A DNA stretch of 64,000 bases from Flectonema sp. DT1601 (lineage: Eukaryota): assembly GCA_964019425.1 (NCBI GenBank), contig OZ025787.1:1240001-1304000 (forward strand), written 5' to 3'. Both the position numbers and the translations under genes were made by a program. The notes under the pieces are model-generated. The model searched no databases. It saw nothing but the letters and a program-made list of their open reading frames with translations, and was not told where the DNA came from. Below, piece by piece: positions 11,501 to 20,867 of the stretch (its first letter is position 1; each line of letters begins with the position of its first letter).

Positions 11501-14500
11501 TTCAATATCTGAATCAGTTTTACAATATTTAGTAATTAATGAAATTAGTAATCACAATTCAACTCTAGAAAACTATTCATCTCCACTTCGTATGACTATT
11601 GGAAGATACAAAGTGTTATGTATTGCTACATCGTCTTCATCAAACTATTTCATACCCTCTGACACTACTAGTATTGATGTTGTTGTTAAAGAGGTGTTAC
11701 CACATCCGATATTAAGAGCAGTTGATCAGCCGAATATTGAAGGGTATTTCATAACACAATTAACTGTGATATGTCAGTACTCAAGTTTGATGGTGTTGTG
11801 TGATTTCGATTCATCATCTCCTCAATCTACCGTGACGACAAGCAACACCATCACTATATCATCTCCAGGTCTACATCGGGTTTCAGCTAGGCTGCGGAGT
11901 GTCGTATCAAATGATTCGTATCTTAGTGGGAACTGGATGCAAGCTCAATACGCAATTCAAGGAGAATCATCTCCTCCTGTCATCACAATTGTTGATAATA
12001 ATATAGTTATTGAAAGTACCATTCCTAGTAATGCAGTCATTCGGTATTCATTATCAAGAAACACATCGTGGAATAGTGGTACTCATTACACTAAATCACT
12101 ATCTCTAAATCTACCTGGTATTGTTACTGTTAGTGCTGTTGGTGAGTTGTTACCATTTTATGGTCGTTCTGTAGTGTCTGTGGGGGATGTGTCAGCTGAT
12201 TTTTCAACCATCCAATCCCGGAGAGTATCTGAAGCCGCAAACTATTTATTTCAACGAAAGTTAAAATGGAATTTTTCTAATGATCTGAACGGTGTTTTTC
12301 AACGTCTTGGAAATATGTTTTTTTCACTTTTTCCGGTGACTCTACCCGAGACAAAACGACCACTCGAAATAATATTTCCTGTTCGTAGAGAAATTGACAT
12401 CTGGACTCTGAAGCCTTCGAGAATCATATTATGTAAATACCCAATGCAGCCATCAATAAAAACATGGACAGAGATTGATAACGTATATCAAAAACTACAA
12501 TTAGCAAACAAATTGATTGCAGTTTGGAATTCATCAAAGGGATGCTACATCTCTATGGATGATGATGAGCCTATTTATGAATGTATTTCAGTAATTATTG
12601 GATCAAAAGAACAATGTTATGATAGAGATGATTTTGTGTTATCTAATTCAGTTGATGAGATTGAAAGAATGATTAAAAATATTGATATGGATTACAATGA
12701 TGTGTTAAACAGTATGTCGTCTCTGTTTGATTCAAACAATAGAATTCAATTGCTATATAGTCAGGTTTTATCATTGTCAACAGTTCTAACCAATGATTCT
12801 AAATCAGCGTATACCATCTCTGAAATTCTTATAAACGAAGAACACAAAATTAGTTATGAAATTTGTAATCCTGTATTATCAAAAATTAAAAAAATTACGA
12901 AACATTTTATGGGTGATGATCAGAATTTTGAAATTAAAAAATTAGCAAGTCAGATCATGACATTAATCAGTGATGTGTACTCAGTCAATCCAACGACTGT
13001 AAAGTCACTTATAACTCCGTGGTTTACTCGTTTCTTTCAAGAAGCGGTTCATTCAAAATTATTACTGGTATTTTCATCATTAAACTTATCAAATAGAATA
13101 TCACAGTTGTCATCTGTTGCTGAATCGATATCTGCATCTCTATCACTTATTATAGTGGTTGAGTGGATTTTGATTATTAATTCTGTTGGAATGCAAATGA
13201 CATCACACGCTTCGACTTATTCAAATCTGTTAGAGATAATTGAAACAAAGATTAGTTGGTTAGACAACAATTCTCCTTTAAAAACATTAATAACAGACAT
13301 TAATGAAATTGCGACGAGTGATTTAGTTAATGTACTCCAACATGTTGAAACAGATTCATCTTATTTGGAAATCCGTTTATTTGTTAGATGTTTGCAGAAG
13401 AAAATCATGGCAACCACTCCATGGGAGTGGAGCTCTATTTCATCATGTACCCATAATATGTTGGATACTGATATAGCACTGCATGCTATGCAGTATGTTA
13501 GTACCAAAACAGAACTATCAGTCGGAATCCCAAAACAATTTTTATTCATAAAAAACATATCTGAAATAAACATCCTATTATCAGATTACATTGCACCTTA
13601 TTGTGATATACAGAATTCAGGTGTAGCTCATCCCCATGAGTTCGAAATATCTCCACACGATCTTGCTATAAATAGGTGTTTAAATTTATCTTACAGCCTA
13701 GAAAGCAGTCCTGGATTGTCTTCTTTAAGTGAAATAGTTCATAGGTATCATGAGGCTGGATGGATGTTTAAAATTTCGTTTAGAATTAAGTTGAAAAGCG
13801 TCATCGATGTGAAAAAACTTTTTCAAATCATAAATGTTGTTGTTGGTGATGGCAGTGAAATAATAGTGGGAATTCAAAGAATCGAACAAATATCGTCTTC
13901 GAATGTGTTTCAGATTGTGTTCTTAACAAGTGGTGTTAATGTAATTGTGAGTGAACCGATTACTTTATCAATAGACATTTGGAATTATATTTCTGTAGTA
14001 AAACAATCTCAACCAATTGAAGCACCTTATAACGGAAGGAACAACTCGCTCTTAGTCTTCGTTAATCACGTTATCGTTGCAGCTGGTTTTGTACCGAACC
14101 CAGGCATCACAACAGGTACCTCTTCAGGTTTAGTTTCTGTAGGTAGTGATGTTAGCTTGCCTGCTTTAGTCTCAGATGTCGTGTTTAGCAGTTCTCCAGT
14201 TACGACACAGCATGATGTTTTATTGACCAATTATATTTCCATCAGATCAATTCCCTCTCACGTCGATTTTTTAAAATTTAACAATAACGTGTGTTCCGCA
14301 GGTTATTACAAGTTTTTAAACGGATGTCTACCTTGTCCTGACCATTCCATTACAAGTAAGTCACCCAGAACAGATGTGAGTGATTGTATCTGTGAAGAAC
14401 ATTATAAATTACAAAATGAAATTTGTACTAAACAAAATACATTAAAGCCAGCCATAGGATGTCCGCTAATTGAGATAACAACAGGTGATCATGTTGTAGC

Positions 14501-15566
14501 ATTTAAAGAAACAATAACAATTGGAAGAAGGTATAATTCTCCCAATCAAGTTCACACTGTTAATTGTATCTGTGATGGGTATACCTGGTGTAGTGTAGTG
14601 ACGAATAATACTGATCAGGTCGTCATTAAATTTAAAACAATTGTACCAGTTGATACTCGTTGTACTATTGCAGCCTCAACTAACGCGATCAATCATGAAA
14701 ACGGTTCGTCATGTTCTGTTGGTGTTGTTGTTCAATACCAATTACCTCGTTTAGACGTCTCTTATAATTTGTATCCGAGAAATCATTCTTTTGTTAATCT
14801 GTTTGAGGAAATTCCTCTTTCGATATACGACTATTCTCCTGTGTCGTTTACTGTAATAAATAGCAAGTCAGAGAGTAGGGGTTCATCAATATCTTTATCA
14901 ATTGATAAACATCCCAATTGGATCATAAATGATATTCCTATCTCTCCAATCAACGTGAACTATATAACAGCTTTATGGGATGCGGTAGTTAGTTCATTGG
15001 TGTGTAGAGTTCGAATTAATAAAGGTAATTGGTTAGACTATGAACCAGCTTCTATACCAATCAATCCTTGGACTGAATTTGAGATTCAAATCGCGTCTGA
15101 TTTAGGATTAGCAAGTGAGGTTGTATTCGTTAAATACACAAATAAATTATATCATCACATCCTTCCTGTTCATGACACTACGACAGAGAGATTAGTAATT
15201 CAAAGTAATGAAAATATTACAAAGAAACTATCAGTTGGGTCTCCTCAGATTGAAACAGCGTTTTGGATAACTGCATCGGTATTGTTGTTCATTATGTTGG
15301 TTGTGGTCTTGTGTTTGTTTGGTGAGTTATATAAGTATGCTGTAAATGTTGAGGGTAGTTTGAATTTAAAAAAACATCAACATAGAAGTTGGATATTTCC
15401 GATTTCTTCGTCAGATATTACTTTAAATAACCCAACACATCATCAACATGAGTGGTTGAATTGTGAGTCTTGTAGGACACCTTCTGATCATTTCCATTTG
15501 TTAAAGAAACCAACTGGCGATGTTATAAATATTTGTGAAAATTGCAACGGTTTGTTAACCAGATGA
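8586..15566 (+). CDS. Giant type-I membrane protein: EGF-like, repeated Fn3/Ig-like beta modules, LamG/ConA-like, ephrin-receptor-like Cys domain, TM helix, cytosolic Cys-rich Zn finger
   Basis: About 2330 aa, intronless; CSGNGYCDGGTCVCSHPYTGDSC (EGF); WNYISVVKQ...LVFVNH (LamG-like); CSAGYY...CLPCPDHSIT...SDCIC; TM FWITASVLLFIMLVVVLCLFG; CESC...CENC tail. Confidence 0.8.
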   Translation: MSLKLFITHINILTVMSAYTIVSQDPLLSVDSVMKGTTMVVEFTDVNGCHSVRLKNLNEIAYCRDTELDIPLLCDQLCRCTVAVPLALETRLIGLCKGREQLAISNRIITAENVWDGFTLSPTGVQSEYDLEITGAHLLTQPTGIHYALSIMRDCSVFDNEGIVSNVGMQNGIYKKNGIRITLTGVIGLCISRDAVSWSSYSEGILLGEDLISSYSADTPNQQSAFVVTFHAAPSSVGIVHQFVFSVKSETQGLTQFFNVPVISHNSTVVVVNYILIGPLPIPLEVHPAVSVNGNSYNVLLGTLVVPSCLSGYDFSQVSRMCETCPNLCSGNGYCDGGTCVCSHPYTGDSCSTYILAGVRITNVHQNLDTDFSIDTLAVDFTILDFSNQSSVIINYQIISYIGTTLFYQQSVIAGTDRQTITINTTENIIGDVTVRIYTSKIGDYKDSVVVEGLYRVKKTLFEPEIKLPGLDIVVEPDMGELIFEYINRGYPHSNIIIYYSAKLVSDIRNINIVNETFNQAIPILSLLKTINPILRGTYIINSHACPNSIEDNKRYCCSNMVDKTVVVKEKSRIPIIETFGLNHSSFGNSFIDSCEMRSSVSDRFGIGKIIISTTMEDSLLFDSVSLGFVSSYKQHGQGQYSIYSRFLNTTDSYFLPSDVVNFNFTIYIKTPECQYSSSFGSVFPIGEYALNSLSVNYHSVVVVLKTLTETGHLQEVTHDDPASTLSFRQPGFYKISCKTIPVAGMDYNIESGVQFSEFIVQKKLLMPTISVVNFDEFATVSAQNSETGIALLNSELRPREYQLHGEINMTTQGRHDVQVYTLSLNDSFFINSDTKSVTVTVFKKTPTPIITTTGVSYTDVNSFINEVEIAVSVFRSLGSSVPISNSLLNVTMNGIVFSDAVMRISHPGRHLITITVLFLESDLYLPSNSVVVEIFIYKKLLPCEVIASSDETDSTAGWMLNFADVSMSSLNSISESVLQYLVINEISNHNSTLENYSSPLRMTIGRYKVLCIATSSSSNYFIPSDTTSIDVVVKEVLPHPILRAVDQPNIEGYFITQLTVICQYSSLMVLCDFDSSSPQSTVTTSNTITISSPGLHRVSARLRSVVSNDSYLSGNWMQAQYAIQGESSPPVITIVDNNIVIESTIPSNAVIRYSLSRNTSWNSGTHYTKSLSLNLPGIVTVSAVGELLPFYGRSVVSVGDVSADFSTIQSRRVSEAANYLFQRKLKWNFSNDLNGVFQRLGNMFFSLFPVTLPETKRPLEIIFPVRREIDIWTLKPSRIILCKYPMQPSIKTWTEIDNVYQKLQLANKLIAVWNSSKGCYISMDDDEPIYECISVIIGSKEQCYDRDDFVLSNSVDEIERMIKNIDMDYNDVLNSMSSLFDSNNRIQLLYSQVLSLSTVLTNDSKSAYTISEILINEEHKISYEICNPVLSKIKKITKHFMGDDQNFEIKKLASQIMTLISDVYSVNPTTVKSLITPWFTRFFQEAVHSKLLLVFSSLNLSNRISQLSSVAESISASLSLIIVVEWILIINSVGMQMTSHASTYSNLLEIIETKISWLDNNSPLKTLITDINEIATSDLVNVLQHVETDSSYLEIRLFVRCLQKKIMATTPWEWSSISSCTHNMLDTDIALHAMQYVSTKTELSVGIPKQFLFIKNISEINILLSDYIAPYCDIQNSGVAHPHEFEISPHDLAINRCLNLSYSLESSPGLSSLSEIVHRYHEAGWMFKISFRIKLKSVIDVKKLFQIINVVVGDGSEIIVGIQRIEQISSSNVFQIVFLTSGVNVIVSEPITLSIDIWNYISVVKQSQPIEAPYNGRNNSLLVFVNHVIVAAGFVPNPGITTGTSSGLVSVGSDVSLPALVSDVVFSSSPVTTQHDVLLTNYISIRSIPSHVDFLKFNNNVCSAGYYKFLNGCLPCPDHSITSKSPRTDVSDCICEEHYKLQNEICTKQNTLKPAIGCPLIEITTGDHVVAFKETITIGRRYNSPNQVHTVNCICDGYTWCSVVTNNTDQVVIKFKTIVPVDTRCTIAASTNAINHENGSSCSVGVVVQYQLPRLDVSYNLYPRNHSFVNLFEEIPLSIYDYSPVSFTVINSKSESRGSSISLSIDKHPNWIINDIPISPINVNYITALWDAVVSSLVCRVRINKGNWLDYEPASIPINPWTEFEIQIASDLGLASEVVFVKYTNKLYHHILPVHDTTTERLVIQSNENITKKLSVGSPQIETAFWITASVLLFIMLVVVLCLFGELYKYAVNVEGSLNLKKHQHRSWIFPISSSDITLNNPTHHQHEWLNCESCRTPSDHFHLLKKPTGDVINICENCNGLLTR

Positions 15567-15796
15567 ATCTTGTTTTCTTATCAACAAGGCCAAAGATGGA
15601 CAAGTAGATATATGATTTAAGGCTCTTGAAAACTACGTATGGAAAAAACAGCAGAACAATTGTGTTTTTTATAACTTTTTTTTTATTATTTTTTTTAAAA
15701 CTATCTTATAATAAATTCATATTATAAGTTAAATTACACTTCTTCAGCTGAAGCTAATTCAACAATCCTTGCTGCGTCTTCGGAAACGGTTATGGA

Positions 15797-15945
15797 TTGG
15801 GGTCCTCTATTGCTGTGAGTCACCCTCCTGGAGCACAACAATGTTGGATTATACGAATAATTACTAACTAAAATATTATACCCATAATGGTCCGAAGAAA
15901 GGTTTTTTTAATTTTAGCCCGAAACCAACCATTGTTTGTTTGTTG
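15797..15945. repeat. Dispersed repeat family C, copy 1 (degenerate)
   Basis: AATGGTCCGAAGAAAGGTTTTTTTAATTTTAGCCCGAAACCAACCATTGTTTGTTTGTTG matches 52777-52836; patchy upstream similarity. Confidence 0.65.
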
Positions 15946-16328
15946 ATTTTTTTTTTTTTTTTTTTTTGATTGACTGGGTTTACCCATTAATACTAACTAA
16001 ACTATTTATAGCCATACTTTGCGTAAGATTAGTACTTCTTAGCAGTACTTGTATTACAGTATCTGCAAATTGTTTCTTTTTTTTTTCTTCTTTTTTCCCC
16101 GCTTCACTTACCATTTCTATTATCTCACGAAACTATTCCGTGGGTTGCTATTTATTTATTTATTTTTTTTTTTTTTCCTCAACATTCTTCAAGCGGGTCT
16201 GGTGATTTCTTTTTCCGTTGTATGCCTTCACCAGCAGAGTTTGATAATGTGATTGCATATATTTCATATCTTTCGGATTTAAATTGTTTTTTTTACCCAA
16301 TCAGGTTGTTCGGCATAACAATAATAAA

Positions 16329-19092
16329 ATGGGTAAGAAGGGAATGCCGTCCTTTGTAACCTCAAAGAGGACGAAGTATAAAATCGGAGACACACTTGGA
16401 AAAGGTGCTTTTGGAATTGTGAAACTAGCAACAGATGTGAGTACTGGAGAGAGATATGCAGCAAAGGCTATTGATTTAAACATCGTTGAAAGGGATCACC
16501 TTGAAGCATACGTTGAAAGGGAAGGAGCAATGTCCAGAAGGCTTAATCATCCTCACATAATAAAATTAGTTGAAATTGTTGAACAAAAGGATTGGTGTCT
16601 CAGGTTCTATATTATGGAACTTGCTCCCAACGGTGAACTGTTCGATCAGATTGTCGCTGTTAATAAGTTTCCAGAACAAACTGCCAGACGCTATTTCAGA
16701 CAAATGCTTTCAGCTGTCCGCTACTGTCACAATCAAGGAATCTGTCACAGAGATTTAAAAGCTGAAAACTTATTATTATCCAGAGATAACACACTTAAAG
16801 TATGTGACTTTGGACTATGTGGACAAGAAGCCACATACGATTCTGTAGCTGGTTCTCTCGACTACCAAGCACCAGAAATACTTCGACATCAACGATACGA
16901 AGGAAAACCTGCTGACATTTGGGCTTGTGGAGTTATATTGTCGTTTATGTTGTCTGGGTATTTACCGTTTCAGGAACCAAATCAGCAGATGACTGAAAAA
17001 AAGATTCTCATGAATCCCCCAAACGCATCCATGCACGACGACATATCACCATCTGCTAAGGAACTTATACTTCGATGTTTTACAAGAGATCCTCAGAGTA
17101 GGATAAGCGCAGATGAGATAATAAATCATCCTTGGTTTAAAGAAGGATTAGATGTTAAGTTGTGCAATAGTTTAAAACTTCCGTTGTCATGTTTAGCATC
17201 AGACGAGGAAGAAGGTGTTCCGCTATCTCCATTATCACCTGTTTTACCAAGACAGTTTACAGCTACTGATTCAGATACTGAGAATGAGAGGTTTACAGGT
17301 GTTGATAAATTATTACTGAGGCAGTTAAGAGTGGCATTTGATGCGATTGACGTCAATCGGTCTGGTTCAATTCAAGAAGACGAGTTGAGAGATGTTTTAA
17401 TAAAACTTAACAGCGCTGGGGGAGAAACTTGGATTCCGTCAGACGACGACGTTTCAACTCTCCGAACGTTTTTTTCAAAAGATGAGGACATCACATTTGA
17501 AGATTTCGTAGTCGGATTTGTTGAAAAAAAAGTTGAAACAACCTGCACACTTGGTCAACGACTATGTCTTAGGGACTTATTAGGAGTTATTGGTGGCTTT
17601 GACGTTGGTTCATTAGGCAACGAATACGTCACAACATTACGAACTGCATTTAATCATATTGACGAGGATAAGTCTGGTGTTATCCACAGAGACGAATTAT
17701 CAAATTTATTACTGCGAGCTGATATTAATATTTCAGATACTGAAAAGGATCAATTATTTGGATACATGGATGCTGGTAAGCAAGATTTCATAACATTTGA
17801 AGAATTCGCCGCAGCCTGGGTCACTAGAGAATCATCATACAACAATTCTCCAGTTGAGGGTGGTATAAGTAGAACTATGTCTCGTATTAGAAAGTGTTCT
17901 GAATTAATTAGTCTAGCGGAGATTGATGAAGCTCATTTGGTGTTGTCACAGGCGTCCTTGGGGATCACAATGAAAGGATCTCGGGATGAAATTTTTAAAA
18001 AAACTCTGAACACGTTTAACAACATCCCAAATGTTTCTTGTGTTCCAGCTAATCAACCTTTAACTAACTTTAGTCTTCAAGTTCGTTATCAAGTTGATGG
18101 AAAAATATTATGTGAAGCCAGTGTTCTTATTCTTAGAGCTTTGTCAGGATACAGCACGTATGTATTATTTTTTATCGTTGAGGTTTACTCGTTTTCGTAT
18201 TTAATAATTTGATTGTTCAAGAACTCGGTTGCAAGGTGTTCGTCCTATTCTCACCCTTCTGGAAATTTGTTTCTATGTCTGTACGACACCTGAAGAAACT
18301 GGGCATTTGATCCTCTGATACATATGGAAAACTCGATCCTTTTTCGAGCCTCCCCATTCTAACTTAAATCCTGACGTAGTTCTTTTTATATTAGACTACA
18401 GTCTTTCTTTTCTTGTTCTAAGATGCTTCGTCATGGTAGCCTGAATGAATAGTAACAGGAGGGACAAGGGCTGGATCTTTTTGGGATCGGCCCACCCTTC
18501 CACTTCAACCCTCCAAGGGGACATCACATCTGCGGAACGTCAGCGGAGAAAAAGATTGCGAGGCACTAACGTGCCTCGCCATCCTTGTTCCCTATCCTAA
18601 TCTTAGATAGGTTCGCCGCGCTGGGGTCGTGCTGGGGTAGGCAAGTGGGTTTTAAATAGAAGAGTGGAAGTAAGTGAGTGGCTGTGGCAGTAGAGAAGAC
18701 TAGTAACTATACCACTTAAATATACTTGCAATAATGTATTATAAGCAACTATCTCCTCATCGGCTTTGGACAGGGTAGCAAATTACCTGAATGGAGTGAT
18801 AAATGATCGGACGTTAGTAGATGCGATCTTATTGTCGATTCATATCCGAATTGGCAATAATTGTTTTGGGGAGTGTTCTCACAACACAACACACACTTCT
18901 TTTTAATATTATCTATTCTCCACCAACTAGCATCATTATAATCAAATTAGGATATCGACAAGACGTTGCACTGGAGAGACACTTTCATTTCATAAAATCT
19001 ATAAGAGTTTTAGTGTTATTATTGAAGCAACCGATGAATACATAATCGCTAAAGAAGATCTCGAGGAAGAGGGTGAGGTTCAATTTATGTAA
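16329..19092 (+). CDS. CAMK-group (CIPK/SNF1-like) Ser/Thr kinase with four internal EF-hand-like motifs and a CIPK/KA1-like C-terminal domain; exons 16329-18157, 18951-19092
   Basis: GKGAFGIV, AAK, HRDLKAEN, DFG, APE, DIWACG; EF loops DVNRSGSIQEDE, DEDKSGVIHRDE, DAGKQDFITFEE plus a degenerate KDEDITFEDF; the last exon reads ISTRRCTGETLSFHKIYKS, like CIPK 'RKxxGDTLEFHKFYK'. Confidence 0.85.
18158..18950 (+). other. Long cis intron (793 nt, phase 2) of the kinase gene
   Basis: GTATGT donor; ATAATCAAATTAG acceptor downstream of a CA-rich tract; splicing completes the C-terminal domain in frame. Confidence 0.8.
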
Positions 19093-19551
19093 CAAAACTA
19101 CTCACTTTGAATGTGAATTTATAAAAATTAACACACAGACTGCCATGATAAACTCTGATCGAATTCGAGTTCTTTTTATTCTCGACATTTTGTGTTGGGA
19201 TTTATTTATTTATTCATTACTATGAAGGGTGTTTTCATTTTTTATTAAATGAAGACGAAAGAAATCTTCTCTCACAAGGGAGGGGAGAGAGAGAAGGAAA
19301 TATTGTCGTGATGACCTTCAAGTAAATATAGCATCTCTGCCTTGAACAGTTGTTGTTTTTTTGTTCTTGTTTTGTTTCTTGGACTATTGTCGATACAAGG
19401 TTCTTTAAAAAAAAAAAAAAAAAGTAATAAGAAACAGAATTCTGCTTCTTCTTCGTGTATCATTTCCCCTGTTCTGTACTTATTTAAGAACCACGTCTTG
19501 TATTAGACTTTTATTGTAGTTATGGCAAGTTTACAATAAAATTGTGGAGAC

Positions 19552-19587
<36 letters not shown>

Positions 19588-19625
19588 TTATTATTAATAT
19601 TGTTATTTTTTTTTCTAAAAAACAG

Positions 19626-19656
<31 letters not shown>

Positions 19657-19697
19657 GTGGTGTTCACTTTTTTTTTCCTTTAAAAAGTAATAAACAA

Positions 19698-20263
19698 ATG
19701 ACGGATGATACCCTCCAAGAGGATGAGATCGTAAAACTAACACAACAATTTCTCCATTTTGCTGAGAGGGAAGAACGAACTACAATCGTTTCGAGTGTTA
19801 AAGAATTTCAGACTCAGTACAGAGGTACATTCTCGGATCTAAAAATAGATGAGAACTCAGAACACAAACATGAATGGAGGGAAGTCTACAATAACTACGT
19901 AGCCATCCTTGAAAGCACTGCTGAGAAATTTTGTAAACGACACGATCTAAGTAACGAACAGTTACTCCAAATACTTGGTCATATTAAAGGTAATATGCCT
20001 GATGTTTGGTTACCTTTTGCGGTATGGTGTTTTACGTAAGCCACTTTGCTCCGATTGCTAGTTAGGTTATATGCATAACAAAATACAAAACACAACTACA
20101 GTCGCTGTTATCACGAACTGATTACATCTCGTTTGCGAAGTGTCTGGCTGAGGGGACCTGTTTATGTTGTGGAGGAAGATTCTCTGCTGACGGAGTTCAC
20201 GAATATCCGGACCTCCCGGGTGATGAATGTGATAACGACAGCAGCAGTAAAGAGATAGATTGA
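19698..20263 (+). CDS. BART (ARL2-binding)/CFAP36-like domain protein; exons 19698-20021, 20102-20263
   Basis: F...F...EHKHEWREVYNNYVAILE..AEKF; exon 2 LLSRTDYISFAKCL matches the BART end; intron GTATGG...CACAACTACAG. Confidence 0.75.
20022..20101 (+). other. Spliceosomal cis intron (80 nt)
   Basis: GTATGG...AATACAAAACACAACTACAG. Confidence 0.8.
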
Positions 20264-20867
20264 AAAAGAAAAAAAAAATCGTCAATTCGTTCCCTTTGCT
20301 TAACGTATTTAATCAACCGAACTGGTTATTTCTAACCAACGGTTTCTTTGATACTTACGCCTTCTCGAGTGAATGTTTATATTTAGGGATTGCTGAATAT
20401 GTCCGTCGTTATCTAAATTGTTCTTACCATTGTTTCGAAGCTTCTTACACTTTAATTTATCCAAAGGGAAGTAAACTACACTTTCACAACTGTTTTCGTT
20501 TATAGAATCCCTTTGTTTTTTTTAGTAGTCAGCAAAAAACTACAAAAAGTTTGTTTTTTAATTCACCTGATTGCGAATCGGTTAGTTTTATTTTTTTTTA
20601 TTATTTTATTTCATTGATACCTTGAGACCCTATGCAGCTGTACAATTACAAAACTTTCCCAAAAAAAAAAAAAAAAAAAAAAACCCTACCTTATGATTGA
20701 ATGCGTAGTTATCAAGCCTTTGATGATCTAATAAATTACTGGTTTAACATTTTATTACTTTCACTTTAACAGCTTCATCAGAATAATATTTTTTCACATC
20801 ACTCGGGGGTGTAGTAGTTAATAATTAATTGTTTTTCTTTTCTTATTAAAAGTGTTTAAAAAAAAAG

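Noticed and set aside
20750..20790. Minus-strand CTGATGA...GAAAGTA hammerhead-like string
   Set aside because: Stems I, II and III do not pair in register
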